Assembly (NCBI GenBank): GCA_037442635.1
Contig: JBBIPV010000011.1
Coordinates: forward strand, 11,636-75,635
Reading direction: 5' to 3'
DNA from: Terriglobales bacterium
GTDB lineage: Bacteria; Acidobacteriota; Terriglobia; Terriglobales; Acidobacteriaceae
Length of the DNA: 64,000 nucleotides
Numbering within the stretch: the stretch's first letter is position 1; every line of letters starts with the position of its first letter. Both the position numbers and the translations under genes were made by a program. The notes beneath the pieces were generated by a model, which saw nothing but the letters and a program-made list of their open reading frames with translations, was not told the DNA's origin and searched no databases. This document shows positions 34,424 through 43,888 of the stretch, in pieces.

Positions 34424-34466
34424 AAAAACACCACCGCCGGCCTGACAGGTTCTTCAGGGCCGGCGG
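34424..34466 (-). terminator. intrinsic terminator of the pil operon
   Basis: 12/13-bp stem ccgccggcctga / tcagggccggcgg (one bulge) with an 8-nt loop. On the minus strand it is followed by tggtgTTTTTgcg. It lies 35 nt after the pilQ stop. Confidence 0.65.
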
Positions 34467-34500
34467 TTCGAATCTTCGACGCGCTGCTAAGTTCCGACGA

Positions 34501-36585
34501 CTATGTCTGAATGATTCGCGGCGTGATGAAGAAGATCAACTCCTGGTTCGAGGTCTGCACTTGCGTGTGCTTGAACAGGTTGCCGAGGATCGGCAGGTTG
34601 CCGAGCAGGGGCACCTGCGTGATGTTGATCGAGTTCTGCGTCTGGATGACGCCGCCGATCACCACCGTGCCGCCGTCGGTCACCAGCACCTGCGTGGTGG
34701 CCTGCTGCGTGATCAGTTCGGGGTTGCCCTGCACCTCCTGGCCGAAGTTCGGGGTGGTGTTTTCCACGTCCACGTTGAGGAAGATGGTGTTTTCCGACGT
34801 GATCTGCGGGGTCACCGTCAGCCTCAGGAAAGCGTCCACGTAAGTAACGGTCGGCGGTCCGCCCAACTGGGCCTGGGTGACGATGGGCACGCGCACGCCC
34901 TGCTTGACGAGGGCCTGAATGTTGTTCTGAGTGACGACCCGCGGACGCGAGAGCACTTTCAGCAGGCCGCGCGACTCCGCCATGGAGAGCAGGAAGTCAA
35001 TGCGCACGTTGTTGCTGGCATTGAGGAACTGCAGACCGCTCGTGGGCTGGGTAAGTCCGAGGTTCGAGAACAGCGGAATCGTATTCCCGTTGCTACTGGA
35101 ACCCGGCGTAACGATGTATCCCGGAGTCAGTCCGCTGACCGTGGTGGGGGTGGCGCCAGTGCCCTGGACACCGCCGATCGCGCTGTGGCCATTACCCCAG
35201 CCGAAGCCGAGTTGCGTGCCGATATCGCGAGCAAACTGCCGCGTGGCGGCAACCACGCGGGCTTCGATTTCGACTTCCTGCGTCTTGCGGTCAAGCTGCG
35301 TGAGCAGGCGGTCAATGATTGGAAGAACTTTCGGGATATCGTTAACGATGACGGCGTTGGTGCGGTCATCGGCAACCACGTCGCCGCGCTGCGAGAGGAA
35401 CTTCTTGACCGTGACGATCACATCCTTCGCCTTGGCATAGCTCAGGAAGCGCGTGACCGAGGTCTTCTCGACCGCCAGCGCTTCGGACTCGATCTGCGCC
35501 CGGCGGGCGTCGGCTTCATGCTTCAGGGTTTCCACCGTGGCGATGCGCAGGACGTTGCCTTCCAGTTCGCGCGCCAGGTCGTTGTTCTTGAGCACGATGT
35601 CGAGCGCCTGATCCCACGGCACGTCGTCGAGTACGACCGTCAGCGTGCCATGCACGTTGGGATCGAGCACCACGTTCAATCCGCTGATTTCGTGGATGAG
35701 GCGGAAGAAGTCCTTGAGGTCCACATCCTTGAGGTTGACCGAGATCGGCTCGCCAGTGTACTTGGGACCGGCGGCGGCCGGCTGCTGGCCAGTCTGAGCT
35801 TTCTGTTCCGCGGCCAGGTTCACGGCCGGCTGGATGCCGGGACTGGGCGGATTCGAAGCCTGGGCTGCATTGGCGCTGACGGGAATCAGTTCTGCCGCCG
35901 TCTTGTCGGCAAAGCGGGCTGCTGCTTCCTGCGCGCGCGCCGTTGGCTCCTGCTGAGGCGCCGCATCTTTGTTGTCGGCATTGTCGGCCGGCTTGACCGG
36001 ATTGGCAGCCTGATACTTGGGCTCGAGGAAAACATAGTCGCTGGGTGCGGCTTCGGCTTTGGCCACGGGCGCGGATTCGGCGACGCGCGCCGCGAAAGGC
36101 GACGCGGGCACAGCCGGGAGATTCTGCGCGACCGGTTTGGCCTCAGTCTCGGCCGTTGCCGCCGGAGCGGCCTTCGCCACCGCATTGCCATGCAGGGTGA
36201 GCACCAGCTTGCCGCCCGTGGCAGGTGTCAGCTCATAGGCGCAGGCCTTCTCGAGGTCCACCACGATGCGCGTGGTCGGAGGCGTCTGCCCGTCCATGCC
36301 CAGGCGTACGTCCTTCACGCCGGCGGCGTCCACCGCGATGTGGCGCCGCGCCGCGGCCAGAACGGTCGCAGGCAAGTCCACCACCACGCGGGCGGGCGAG
36401 TCCATCGTGCTGAGCTTCGGCGCACCCGCACCATGGGAACTGATCTCGACCCGGATGTCGTCGGTGCCCCGGACCACGTTGACGCGATCGAGTTGGCCCG
36501 GGGTCTGGGCCATAGCGGCCCCGGCCACAAGCAGCAGCGATCCCAAGCTTGTCAACACCAGAATTGTCAGCAGTTGCTTTCGCAT
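34501..36585 (-). CDS. pilQ: type IV pilus secretin PilQ with N-terminal AMIN domain
   Basis: The ATG at 36585 gives the signal peptide MRKQLLTILVLTSLGSLLLVAGAAMAQ. AMIN-like segment, secretin N-domains, and C-terminal secretin motif VPLLGNLPILGNLF. Confidence 0.9.
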   Translation of the reverse strand: MRKQLLTILVLTSLGSLLLVAGAAMAQTPGQLDRVNVVRGTDDIRVEISSHGAGAPKLSTMDSPARVVVDLPATVLAAARRHIAVDAAGVKDVRLGMDGQTPPTTRIVVDLEKACAYELTPATGGKLVLTLHGNAVAKAAPAATAETEAKPVAQNLPAVPASPFAARVAESAPVAKAEAAPSDYVFLEPKYQAANPVKPADNADNKDAAPQQEPTARAQEAAARFADKTAAELIPVSANAAQASNPPSPGIQPAVNLAAEQKAQTGQQPAAAGPKYTGEPISVNLKDVDLKDFFRLIHEISGLNVVLDPNVHGTLTVVLDDVPWDQALDIVLKNNDLARELEGNVLRIATVETLKHEADARRAQIESEALAVEKTSVTRFLSYAKAKDVIVTVKKFLSQRGDVVADDRTNAVIVNDIPKVLPIIDRLLTQLDRKTQEVEIEARVVAATRQFARDIGTQLGFGWGNGHSAIGGVQGTGATPTTVSGLTPGYIVTPGSSSNGNTIPLFSNLGLTQPTSGLQFLNASNNVRIDFLLSMAESRGLLKVLSRPRVVTQNNIQALVKQGVRVPIVTQAQLGGPPTVTYVDAFLRLTVTPQITSENTIFLNVDVENTTPNFGQEVQGNPELITQQATTQVLVTDGGTVVIGGVIQTQNSINITQVPLLGNLPILGNLFKHTQVQTSNQELIFFITPRIIQT

Positions 36586-36676
36586 TTCGCCTCTCCCCAA
36601 CCCGCGGGCCTGGCCCGCGAGTCCTACGTGCAAAAACTTGATTCCGGCGCTCCGTTTTCGGTTTCGCCGTCCGGCC

Positions 36677-38101
36677 TTACACGGCCGGAGTAAAGATCTT
36701 CTTTACCACTTCGCGAGTGAACGACTTGCCCAGCTTGTCCTGCACCGTCTCGGAGAACACGACCGAGTCGCCGGTGATCTTCATGACGTAGCCGTTAAAC
36801 ACAGGATCGTTCTCGCGCAGGAAATACGCCTTGTTGAGGCTGTTGGTGACGACGGCGATGAATCCGTTGTCCGACTTCACCACGCCCCGCAGGTTGATGT
36901 TGCCAATCTCCAGGCACTTCTTTCCGGTAGTGCAACCGGACCCGCCCTGTTGCTGTACGACCGGACTGAAGAATGGATCGCGCTTGCCGCTCATCGCCCA
37001 TTTCTTGTCTTCCGGCTTCGGCTCGGCCTTCTTGTCCTCGAGCTTGGGCTTGAAGGCATCGGCGGTCTTGCTGGCGTCCGGAGCCGCCTCAGTTTTCGCT
37101 TCTGTCTTGGCCTCTTTCTTGGCTTCTTTCTTGGCTTCTGCCTTAGCTTCTGTCTTGGCTTGGGCCGGCTTAGCGACCGCCTTCGAGTCCTTGGAATCCT
37201 TCGAAGGTTTCGGGGCGGGTTGCGCTGTAGCCTTGGCTACGACTACCGGCATCGAAGAAGAGACAGGCTTCGCCGACGGAGGTTGCGCCGCTGCCGGAGC
37301 GGGACTCTTTGCCGACGCGACCGGATGCGACGCAGTTTGCAGTTTCGCCGTTGGCGCCGGGCTCTTCGCGATCAGCTGCGGCTGAGGCGCCGGTTGTGCT
37401 TTCGGCGCGGGCGCTGCGTTCTTGGCCGTCGCCTGCGGCTGGGCCGCGGGTTTCGAAACGTTTGCAGGGGCGCTCTTTGCCACCGCCTGGGTGTGCAGGT
37501 TCAACACCAGCTTGCCGTTGGCTCCCGGCGCCAGCTCATAGGTGCAGGCCTTGTCGAGATCCACAACGACGCTGGTCGTTGGCGGAGTTTTGCCGTCGGT
37601 GCCGATGCGAACGCCTTTCACGCCGGCGTTGCCAAATGCAATCTTGTTCTGCGGGCTGGCGCTGATCGTTTCCGGCAACTCAACCAGAACCCGTGCCGGT
37701 GAAGCCAGCTTGCTGACTCTCGGCGTCACGCTCTGGCTGGCAATCATTTCAACGCGCACGCCGTCCGCGCTCTGCACCACGTTCACGCGCTGGAGCTGAT
37801 TGGAAGCCGCGGTTGACTTGGGCGTGGAGGCGGGCTTGGCCGCAGGCGCGGGAGTGGCAGCCCTGGCCGCCGGTGACGCCTGAGACGGCGCGCCCGGAGC
37901 CGGCTTGGACGGATTGCCCACTCCGGCTGCGTTCAGGGCCGCGTTGGTGTCGTTGGCCTGCTTCTGCTGCAGCGATTTGGCGATGCTGCGCGCGTTGTCA
38001 ATGGCGTCGGTGTCTTGGGCTGCAGCCTGCGAAACGAGGTTCCCACCCGCCATGATGGCCACTGCCAGAATGCCTGTTGTCAGCTTGATCGCTGTCTTCA
38101 T
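36677..38101 (-). CDS. pilP: PilP-like pilus assembly protein fused to an AMIN domain and a long Ala/Pro/Lys-rich linker
   Basis: Signal peptide. AMIN-like residues at about 101-205. 12-nt-periodic KEAK repeats. C-terminal KRDPFFSPV plus a beta-domain typical of PilP. Positioned between pilO and pilQ. Confidence 0.7.
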   Translation of the reverse strand: MKTAIKLTTGILAVAIMAGGNLVSQAAAQDTDAIDNARSIAKSLQQKQANDTNAALNAAGVGNPSKPAPGAPSQASPAARAATPAPAAKPASTPKSTAASNQLQRVNVVQSADGVRVEMIASQSVTPRVSKLASPARVLVELPETISASPQNKIAFGNAGVKGVRIGTDGKTPPTTSVVVDLDKACTYELAPGANGKLVLNLHTQAVAKSAPANVSKPAAQPQATAKNAAPAPKAQPAPQPQLIAKSPAPTAKLQTASHPVASAKSPAPAAAQPPSAKPVSSSMPVVVAKATAQPAPKPSKDSKDSKAVAKPAQAKTEAKAEAKKEAKKEAKTEAKTEAAPDASKTADAFKPKLEDKKAEPKPEDKKWAMSGKRDPFFSPVVQQQGGSGCTTGKKCLEIGNINLRGVVKSDNGFIAVVTNSLNKAYFLRENDPVFNGYVMKITGDSVVFSETVQDKLGKSFTREVVKKIFTPAV

Positions 38102-38110
38102 AGTGAATTC

Positions 38111-38749
38111 CTACTTCCCTGCCGCGGCGGCGGACTTCGTTCCGGAACCGGCCGACGGCGCATCGTGACTGAAGTACGTGATCGCGGTGAACGTCGCTAC
38201 CACACTCTCATTGGGCGCGTACTGGTAGGTGTGCTTGGCTTTCGCCCCGCCCGGATTCTTGGTCGTCGAAACCATCAGGTTGCCGACGTTGACAATCCGC
38301 TCCAGCTTGCTCACCCGGTCGAAGAAATTCAGCATGGAGTAGTACGGGCCGTCCAGGTCCATGTCGAACGGCACTTCGGTGTAGTACTGCTGCGGCTTAA
38401 CATCGCCGGCCTTGTAGCGGCGCAGTTCCACACCCGCCTTCACGGCCTCGGCGCCCATCATGGTCATGAACCCGTCAATCTGCTTTTCGTCGGGGACAAT
38501 GCGCTGCTCGATTTCCAGCTGCTGCTTCAGTTCGGCCAGTTGCTGCTCCATCTGCTTGAGTTTCGGCCGGTAGGATTCGAGTTCGTTGTTCTCCCGCACC
38601 TTGTCCTCGAGAGCGTGCTGCGCGGTGGTGTTCTTGTCGCGCTGGCTCTTGAACAGGGTGAAGTACAGGGCCGCCGTTACCACGGCTCCGCCGACGACCA
38701 CCGCCGTCCACTGCTTGATTCCCGACAGGTCGCTGAAATTGATGGCCAT
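38111..38749 (-). CDS. pilO: type IV pilus assembly protein PilO
   Basis: 212 aa with a single N-terminal TM, a coiled-coil (QMEQQLAELKQQLE) and a C-terminal alpha/beta domain. Operon position supports the call. Confidence 0.8.
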   Translation of the reverse strand: MAINFSDLSGIKQWTAVVVGGAVVTAALYFTLFKSQRDKNTTAQHALEDKVRENNELESYRPKLKQMEQQLAELKQQLEIEQRIVPDEKQIDGFMTMMGAEAVKAGVELRRYKAGDVKPQQYYTEVPFDMDLDGPYYSMLNFFDRVSKLERIVNVGNLMVSTTKNPGGAKAKHTYQYAPNESVVATFTAITYFSHDAPSAGSGTKSAAAAGK

Positions 38750-38757
38750 AGAGTCCT

Positions 38758-39378
38758 CTACGACTTTCCTTTCGCGCTTTGTGTGTCGCTGGCGCCCTTA
38801 TCGCAGTTCAGCGTGAACTGGAACGCCTGCATGTCTTTGATCTGATCGTCCTGATAGGTTTCGTCGATCTCGACGCTTTTGAAGAAACCGGTTTTCTGCA
38901 GGTTGGCGATCAGGGTGGCCACGGCATCGGTGGAGAGCGCGGTGCCTTCCAGCTTCACGCTCGGCCCGGTGTCGTCCATCTTGTTCAGCCACACCGCTTC
39001 GGTGTTATTCACGGTTTCGCCCAGCATGGCCAGCAGGTTGACCGGCCCGCCGGTCTGGGTTTTGCGCAGCCCGTCAATCACGTCCACGCGGCGCTTGTAG
39101 TTGTTGGCCTGGGTCTGCCGCTCGAGGAACTTCGCCTTCACTTCCGCCAGTTCGCGGTTCTTTTCTTCGGCAACCTTCATCTGCGCCGCGATGGCTTTGC
39201 CCTGATGATCCAACCGGTACCAGTAGCCGAGATTGAACAAACCGACCACCACCAGCACCACCAGGAGCTTCAGCTTGGGCGATCCCATATCGCCCATATC
39301 CATCGTGGGCATGGACGGACCGCCGCCGCCCCGCTTGTTTTTCCCCTTGGCTGTTTCGAGCAGATTGATTTTGATCAT
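38758..39378 (-). CDS. pilN: type IV pilus assembly protein PilN
   Basis: MIKINLL N-terminus (PilM-binding INLLP-like motif), a single TM and a coiled-coil. 4-nt overlap with pilM. Confidence 0.8.
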   Translation of the reverse strand: MIKINLLETAKGKNKRGGGGPSMPTMDMGDMGSPKLKLLVVLVVVGLFNLGYWYRLDHQGKAIAAQMKVAEEKNRELAEVKAKFLERQTQANNYKRRVDVIDGLRKTQTGGPVNLLAMLGETVNNTEAVWLNKMDDTGPSVKLEGTALSTDAVATLIANLQKTGFFKSVEIDETYQDDQIKDMQAFQFTLNCDKGASDTQSAKGKS

Positions 39379-40430
39379 AGGGATTCAAAGCTCCTCAGGG
39401 CCAAGCCCACCGCCACCGCCAACTGGCCGGCGTTCTGTTCCACCAGTTCCGCCCCGTGTCCTTCCACCGGCGGTGTGACCCGCTGGAACGGATTCAACAA
39501 CTCCACCGGCATGGAGAATTCCTGCCGCAGCGCTTCCACCAGGCCCGGCACTTTCGACGAACCGCCCGCCAGATAAATCTTCTCGATGTGCTCGCCGGCG
39601 GCGCTGGCGCGGAAGAAGTCGAAGGTCTTCTGAATTTCCAGCACAATGATTTCCGTCACCTGCTGCAGGATCGGCTGCTTGGCGTCTTCGCTCACCGTGC
39701 CCACCTTCTTGCCCAGTTTCAGCGATTCGGCGTCATCGAAGCTCAGGTCGAGTTCCTTCTGCAGCGAGTCGGTGTACTGATGGCCGCCTACGCTGACATC
39801 GCGAGGAAACAGGGGGGTGGTGCCCTTCACGATGTTGATGTTCATGACGCTGGCGCCCAGGTTCAGCAACGCCACCACCTGGCCTGGCGACGGCTGGTAG
39901 TTGTACTCGTAACAGTTCTGCAGGGCCAGAGCGTCAATGTCCACGATAGCCGGGGTGCGACCCGCCATCGAGAGTACGTTGGTGTAGTTCAGAATCTTGT
40001 CCTTCTTGACCGCCACCAGCAGAACATCCATCTGGGAGCTGCCCACTTCGTCGGACAGGATCTGATAGTCCAGATTCACGTCGGCCAGATCGAAGGGAAT
40101 GTGCTGGGCGGCTTCCTTCTCGATGGTCTCGGCCAGTTCCTGATCGCTCATCGAGGGCAGCGAGATCTTCTTGACGATCACGGAGTGACCGCTCACGGCC
40201 GTAGCCACGGCCTTGGTCTTGATCTGGTTGTCCACGAACAGCTTGGAAATCGCGCTCGAAACCGTGCCCGAGTCCACGATCATCGAATCGACCACGATGT
40301 CGGAGGCCAGAGGTTCCAGCCCCAGGTGCGCCACTTCAATCTGCCCGCCCTTTTTCTTCAGCTCCACCGCCTTGATGCTGGAGGAGCCTACATCCAGGCC
40401 AACAATCGACTTCGATCCCATTCCAAACAT
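39375..40430 (-). CDS. pilM: type IV pilus assembly ATPase-fold protein PilM
   Basis: Actin-like fold motifs GLDVGSSSIKAV and LNLGASVMNI. Start taken at the ATG at 40430 (MFGMGSK). Confidence 0.9.
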   Translation of the reverse strand: MFGMGSKSIVGLDVGSSSIKAVELKKKGGQIEVAHLGLEPLASDIVVDSMIVDSGTVSSAISKLFVDNQIKTKAVATAVSGHSVIVKKISLPSMSDQELAETIEKEAAQHIPFDLADVNLDYQILSDEVGSSQMDVLLVAVKKDKILNYTNVLSMAGRTPAIVDIDALALQNCYEYNYQPSPGQVVALLNLGASVMNINIVKGTTPLFPRDVSVGGHQYTDSLQKELDLSFDDAESLKLGKKVGTVSEDAKQPILQQVTEIIVLEIQKTFDFFRASAAGEHIEKIYLAGGSSKVPGLVEALRQEFSMPVELLNPFQRVTPPVEGHGAELVEQNAGQLAVAVGLALRSFESL

Positions 40431-40482
40431 GTGTCCCACCTTTGTCTGTGGCGCGGGCACTGTTGCCCGCGACGTTGAGTAG

Positions 40483-40713
40483 CTACTGTGACCCGGCGGC
40501 TTTGCCCGCCGCTTTCCGTCTCGACTGCGACTCGGTCTGGCTCGACTTCTCTTCCATCCACTGATCCAGCCGCGATTTCTTGAAGCGCCAGCGGTTGCCC
40601 AGCTTGAACGCGGGAATCCTCTGCTCGCCGACGTACTTGTACAGGGTGTCCGGACTTACGCCCAGATACTGCGACGCCTGGCGGATATTCATCACTTCTC
40701 GCGAGTCGGCCAT
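40483..40713 (-). CDS. small helix-turn-helix DNA-binding protein (excisionase/MerR-like HTH_17 type)
   Basis: MNIRQASQYLGVSPDTLYKYVGEQRIPAFKLGNRWRF. Ends 52 nt upstream of the pilM ATG at 40430 (22 nt upstream of the longest pilM ORF start at 40460). Confidence 0.7.
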   Translation of the reverse strand: MADSREVMNIRQASQYLGVSPDTLYKYVGEQRIPAFKLGNRWRFKKSRLDQWMEEKSSQTESQSRRKAAGKAAGSQ

Positions 40714-41188
40714 GGTTGCGTTGCCTCTTTGCAGCTCCAGTCGCGCTCACACGACTCCAGAATTCGGGACGTGCTTCGCAGGCTGTAGTCCCTCAGTTCG
40801 CGAACCGAGGGCTCTTGGTGTCCTGAGGATATATCAGCCCGGAAAAGCCCCGGCGCCAAGCGAATCTCAGGTTTTTCCCGCGTTTTTTGCGGGTTTTCTG
40901 GATGCGAAGGAATGGCGGGTCTAGACGTTTATCTATATGTTGTGGTTGTCAGGATGATGGATACAGCGGAGCGTATGCCATATGTAGCTCGCCTTCAGTT
41001 ACAGCGGGAACGGTAACTGAAGTACTAGAGACGGTACGGAGGTACTATGTCGCTGGCTGAACCTGTTGCAGTTACAGCTTTTAGACGGGGCAGGGAGAAC
41101 CAGAGGCCCACCCCGGGAAAGCACCTGCACGCTGTCCCCCGATTCAACCGCGTCTGCAGGAACGAACCCCGCAGCGGCGCAGAACGTC

Positions 41189-42175
41189 TTATTGGCTCTT
41201 GGCCGCGTCTCCCACCTTCGGCGGGGCACTCCCGGTATAGTTCGCAGTCGCCGAGTCGGTCTCCACTTCGGTGATCGTGGCCATCCCCATTTTGTTGGTG
41301 ATGGTCTTGATCACCTTGCCGGTCGCCGGGTCCTTGACAGTGCGCACCGGCCGGCTGATCTCGACCGTGTCACCCACTTGCACGCCCGCGCTTCGTCCGA
41401 TATTGAGAATAATGGTGTTTCCGCTGACATCGGCCACCAACCCGGAAAACTCCGCCTTGCGCGTGGGCAGGGAGTCGGACTTCTGCTCCAGTTGCGTGGC
41501 CATCTGGGTGACGGCCTGATGAACCGCTTCGCCCAGGATGGTCTCGCCGAAATTCTTGCTGGTCATGTCGTATCCGCCGCCGGCGGCGTTGCCTCCGCCG
41601 CCGCCGGCGCCGACCAGCGAGGTTCCTTTGCGGGTGGACTGCCCCGTGCCCGTAACCGCGGCCAGAATCTCTCCTGTGGTCGTATCCACCATACGGGCCG
41701 TCACGCCCACGACGGCTTTGGCCTCACGCTTCTGGACGCCACCGATGCCAAACTTGCCGGTCAACCCTCCAACGGCTCCTCCGCCGTAGGTCTTACTCTG
41801 ATCGTCGCGACCAAACTGCGTGATGCTGCCCATGATGACCGCGTCCACGCCGAGAATCTTGCCGATTTTGGCCGCGGTCGAGGCATCAACGCGGTCGCTG
41901 TTCGAGAAGTTCTGTTCGTTGAGGATCTTGTCAATGGCATTGCGCTCGATCACCGAGTACTTGCCGTCGGTCACCAGTTGCTGCACCAGGAGATCAGAGA
42001 TGCCCTTGCCGACGTCAACGTTGGTGCCGAATATCCCTGCCACCCAGGACTGCACCGTGCCGTAGTCGAAGTTCAGCACCGCCACCCGTTTCTTCTGCTG
42101 CGCCAGTCCACTCGAAACCAGCACGACCAAAGCGGCTGCCAACAGGGTCGTCTGACGCCAGAATAAGCTTCGCAT
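41189..42175 (-). CDS. CsgG/HfaB-family periplasmic/outer-membrane protein with Gly-rich insert and C-terminal beta domain
   Basis: The ATG at 42175 gives a signal peptide. VAVLNFDYG...ERNAIDKILNEQ...LGVDAVIMGSITQFG matches the CsgG-family core as I recall it. Confidence 0.65.
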   Translation of the reverse strand: MRSLFWRQTTLLAAALVVLVSSGLAQQKKRVAVLNFDYGTVQSWVAGIFGTNVDVGKGISDLLVQQLVTDGKYSVIERNAIDKILNEQNFSNSDRVDASTAAKIGKILGVDAVIMGSITQFGRDDQSKTYGGGAVGGLTGKFGIGGVQKREAKAVVGVTARMVDTTTGEILAAVTGTGQSTRKGTSLVGAGGGGGNAAGGGYDMTSKNFGETILGEAVHQAVTQMATQLEQKSDSLPTRKAEFSGLVADVSGNTIILNIGRSAGVQVGDTVEISRPVRTVKDPATGKVIKTITNKMGMATITEVETDSATANYTGSAPPKVGDAAKSQ

Positions 42176-42349
42176 AACTGACTCCCGTCTCAGGAATAAT
42201 GCCGACTCGCCGCCCAGAAACCAGGCGGCGGGGAAAGAGTATCTTTCGTTTGCGGGCGGGTCAAGGATTTCCGCCGGGACTGCGGGAGACAGGGTTAACA
42301 CTTCTGGGTTCGTCTGCCTTGCGGTAGTCTGAGGGGCGGGGAGGAATGC

Positions 42350-42775
42350 TTGCGCTACCTCGATCGTCTGCAACCGTTGGCCTTGCTGATCATGCGCCTG
42401 GCGCTGGGCGTGATCATGGTGGCTGCCGGGTACCACAAGGTCTTTGGCGGCCTGCATCACCATGCTCAGCTCGTGGCTGGCCAGGGGCTGCCCGCCTGGC
42501 TGGGATATGTATCGGCCTTTACGGAGTTCCTTGGAGGCCTGCTCATTCTCGCTGGATTTTTCACCCGCCCGGCCGCGTTCGCGGTCTGCATCAATCTGTG
42601 TGTCGCCATCTGGAAAGTGCATTGGCACAATGGGCTTCTCGGATCGCCCGATCATCCCGGCTATAACTTCCCACTGGCCGTGGCGGCGCTGGCTTTTGGC
42701 ATGATCTTCTTCGGCGGCGGACCGATCTCGTTGGATCACGTGCTGCGTGGCGGAGGTGGGTTATCCAAACGGTAG
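42350..42775 (+). CDS. DoxX family membrane protein
   Basis: TTG start 5 nt after GGAGG. LALLIMRLALGVIMVAAGYHKVFGG matches the DoxX N-terminal signature. 4 TM segments. Confidence 0.75.
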   Translation: MRYLDRLQPLALLIMRLALGVIMVAAGYHKVFGGLHHHAQLVAGQGLPAWLGYVSAFTEFLGGLLILAGFFTRPAAFAVCINLCVAIWKVHWHNGLLGSPDHPGYNFPLAVAALAFGMIFFGGGPISLDHVLRGGGGLSKR

Positions 42776-43045
42776 CTAACAACATGTGAGCCGCACGCCC
42801 GCGTCCGAAGGCGGACTTTCGGTGGACGGGAGGCGTTCGCCCCTCCAATCCGCGCAACTTATCCTCCGCTCGGGGGTTTAGGGGGAGTTGCGGAGTCGGT
42901 AAAGCTGCCGCTGCAAACCAGATTTGGCATCCGTTTGAACCCGGGGCAGGTTGACATTAAGATCATCCGTTGATTGCACAATGACATCCAAATGCTTTGG
43001 CGGCCGCATCTTACCGTCCATCACAACGATTCCAGGAGGTTTCTC

Positions 43046-43663
43046 TTGAGAAAGCTTGCGCTTCTCGCATCGGTCTTATCTTTGCTTCTTCTGGCCAATG
43101 TTGCCTCCGCCCAGCAGGCCGACGCCATGCTGGGGTTCGGCACGATCATGGCCACCAGTTCGAGTTCGTCGGCGTGCCCGATCTTCTCGATTACCTGCGT
43201 TGGGCCTGAAAAGGGAGGCCTGTATCCGACGATCAGCGCCGACGTAATTTTCCACAAGCGGATCGGCTTCAATTTCGAAGCCAGTTGGAGAGGAAAACAG
43301 GGGCTGGACACCTTCAACGGCGGCCAGTATTACCGCCCGATCCTGTTTGACTTCAACGGCATGTACCAGCCCCGCCTGGGTAAGAAGGCAGGCCTTGATC
43401 TGATGGGCGGCATCGGCTGGCAGAGCACGCGTTTTTACGCCTACAACAACACCTCCAACTGCGTGGTGTTCGGCTCCTGCTATACGAGTAACAACCACTT
43501 TCTGGTGCACGTGGGCGGCGGCATTCGCTACTACGTCTGGGGACATGTCTTTGTCCGCCCGGAAGCGCACCTCTACCACATCCTGAACAATAGCGACGTC
43601 TTCACCAATAACAACGTCGTCCGGGTAGGGGCCTCCATCGGATACACTATCGGTCCGGAATAG
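43046..43663 (+). CDS. outer-membrane beta-barrel protein (paralog 1)
   Basis: TTG at 43046, 6 nt after AGGAGG, gives the signal peptide (M)RKLALLASVLSLLLLANVASAQQ. Alternating aromatic beta-strands, C-terminal ...GASIGYTIGPE. Confidence 0.65.
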   Translation: MRKLALLASVLSLLLLANVASAQQADAMLGFGTIMATSSSSSACPIFSITCVGPEKGGLYPTISADVIFHKRIGFNFEASWRGKQGLDTFNGGQYYRPILFDFNGMYQPRLGKKAGLDLMGGIGWQSTRFYAYNNTSNCVVFGSCYTSNNHFLVHVGGGIRYYVWGHVFVRPEAHLYHILNNSDVFTNNNVVRVGASIGYTIGPE

Positions 43664-43800
43664 AATTGGTCTCACAAAGATGGTTCTCCGGGCAGATAGC
43701 CCAGGCCTCAGGGGCTAAAGCCCGCTTTCTTGCGGCTCGAAACGGCACGGCTGAAGCCGTGCCCTACCCAAGACCATTTATGAGACCGGTTCTAGAATTC
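43662..43800. repeat. IR-bounded (MITE-like) element containing REP-like TGAA and TAAA hairpins
   Basis: Ends gaattggtctcacaaagatgg and ccatttatgagacc..ggttctagaattc are imperfect inverted repeats. Internal hairpin ggcacggc TGAA gccgtgcc at 43744-63. Confidence 0.55.
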
Positions 43801-43888
43801 GGCCGAACACGGGCAGACCATTTCTGGCTGACGGTCTGTCCGGCTGCGTTCTTCCATGTAAAACGAAACAGGCTCACAGGGGGCTGGA

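Noticed and set aside
34434-34480. tRNA-like GGTTCGAATC string.
   Set aside because: The flanking sequence cannot form a T-stem or an acceptor stem. The sequence is the descending arm and tail of the pil-operon terminator hairpin.
34372-36693. 773-aa plus-strand ORF, together with similar long ORFs at 28793-30280, 31189-32835, 36266-37702, 7158-8063, 46870-47685 and 59324-60652.
   Set aside because: Each is antisense to, or out of frame with, a gene that has clear family motifs (pilQ, APC permease, accC, pilP-like, NtrC, argD, permease). Their translations are Arg/Gly/Ala-rich low-complexity sequence, typical of spurious ORFs in GC-rich DNA.
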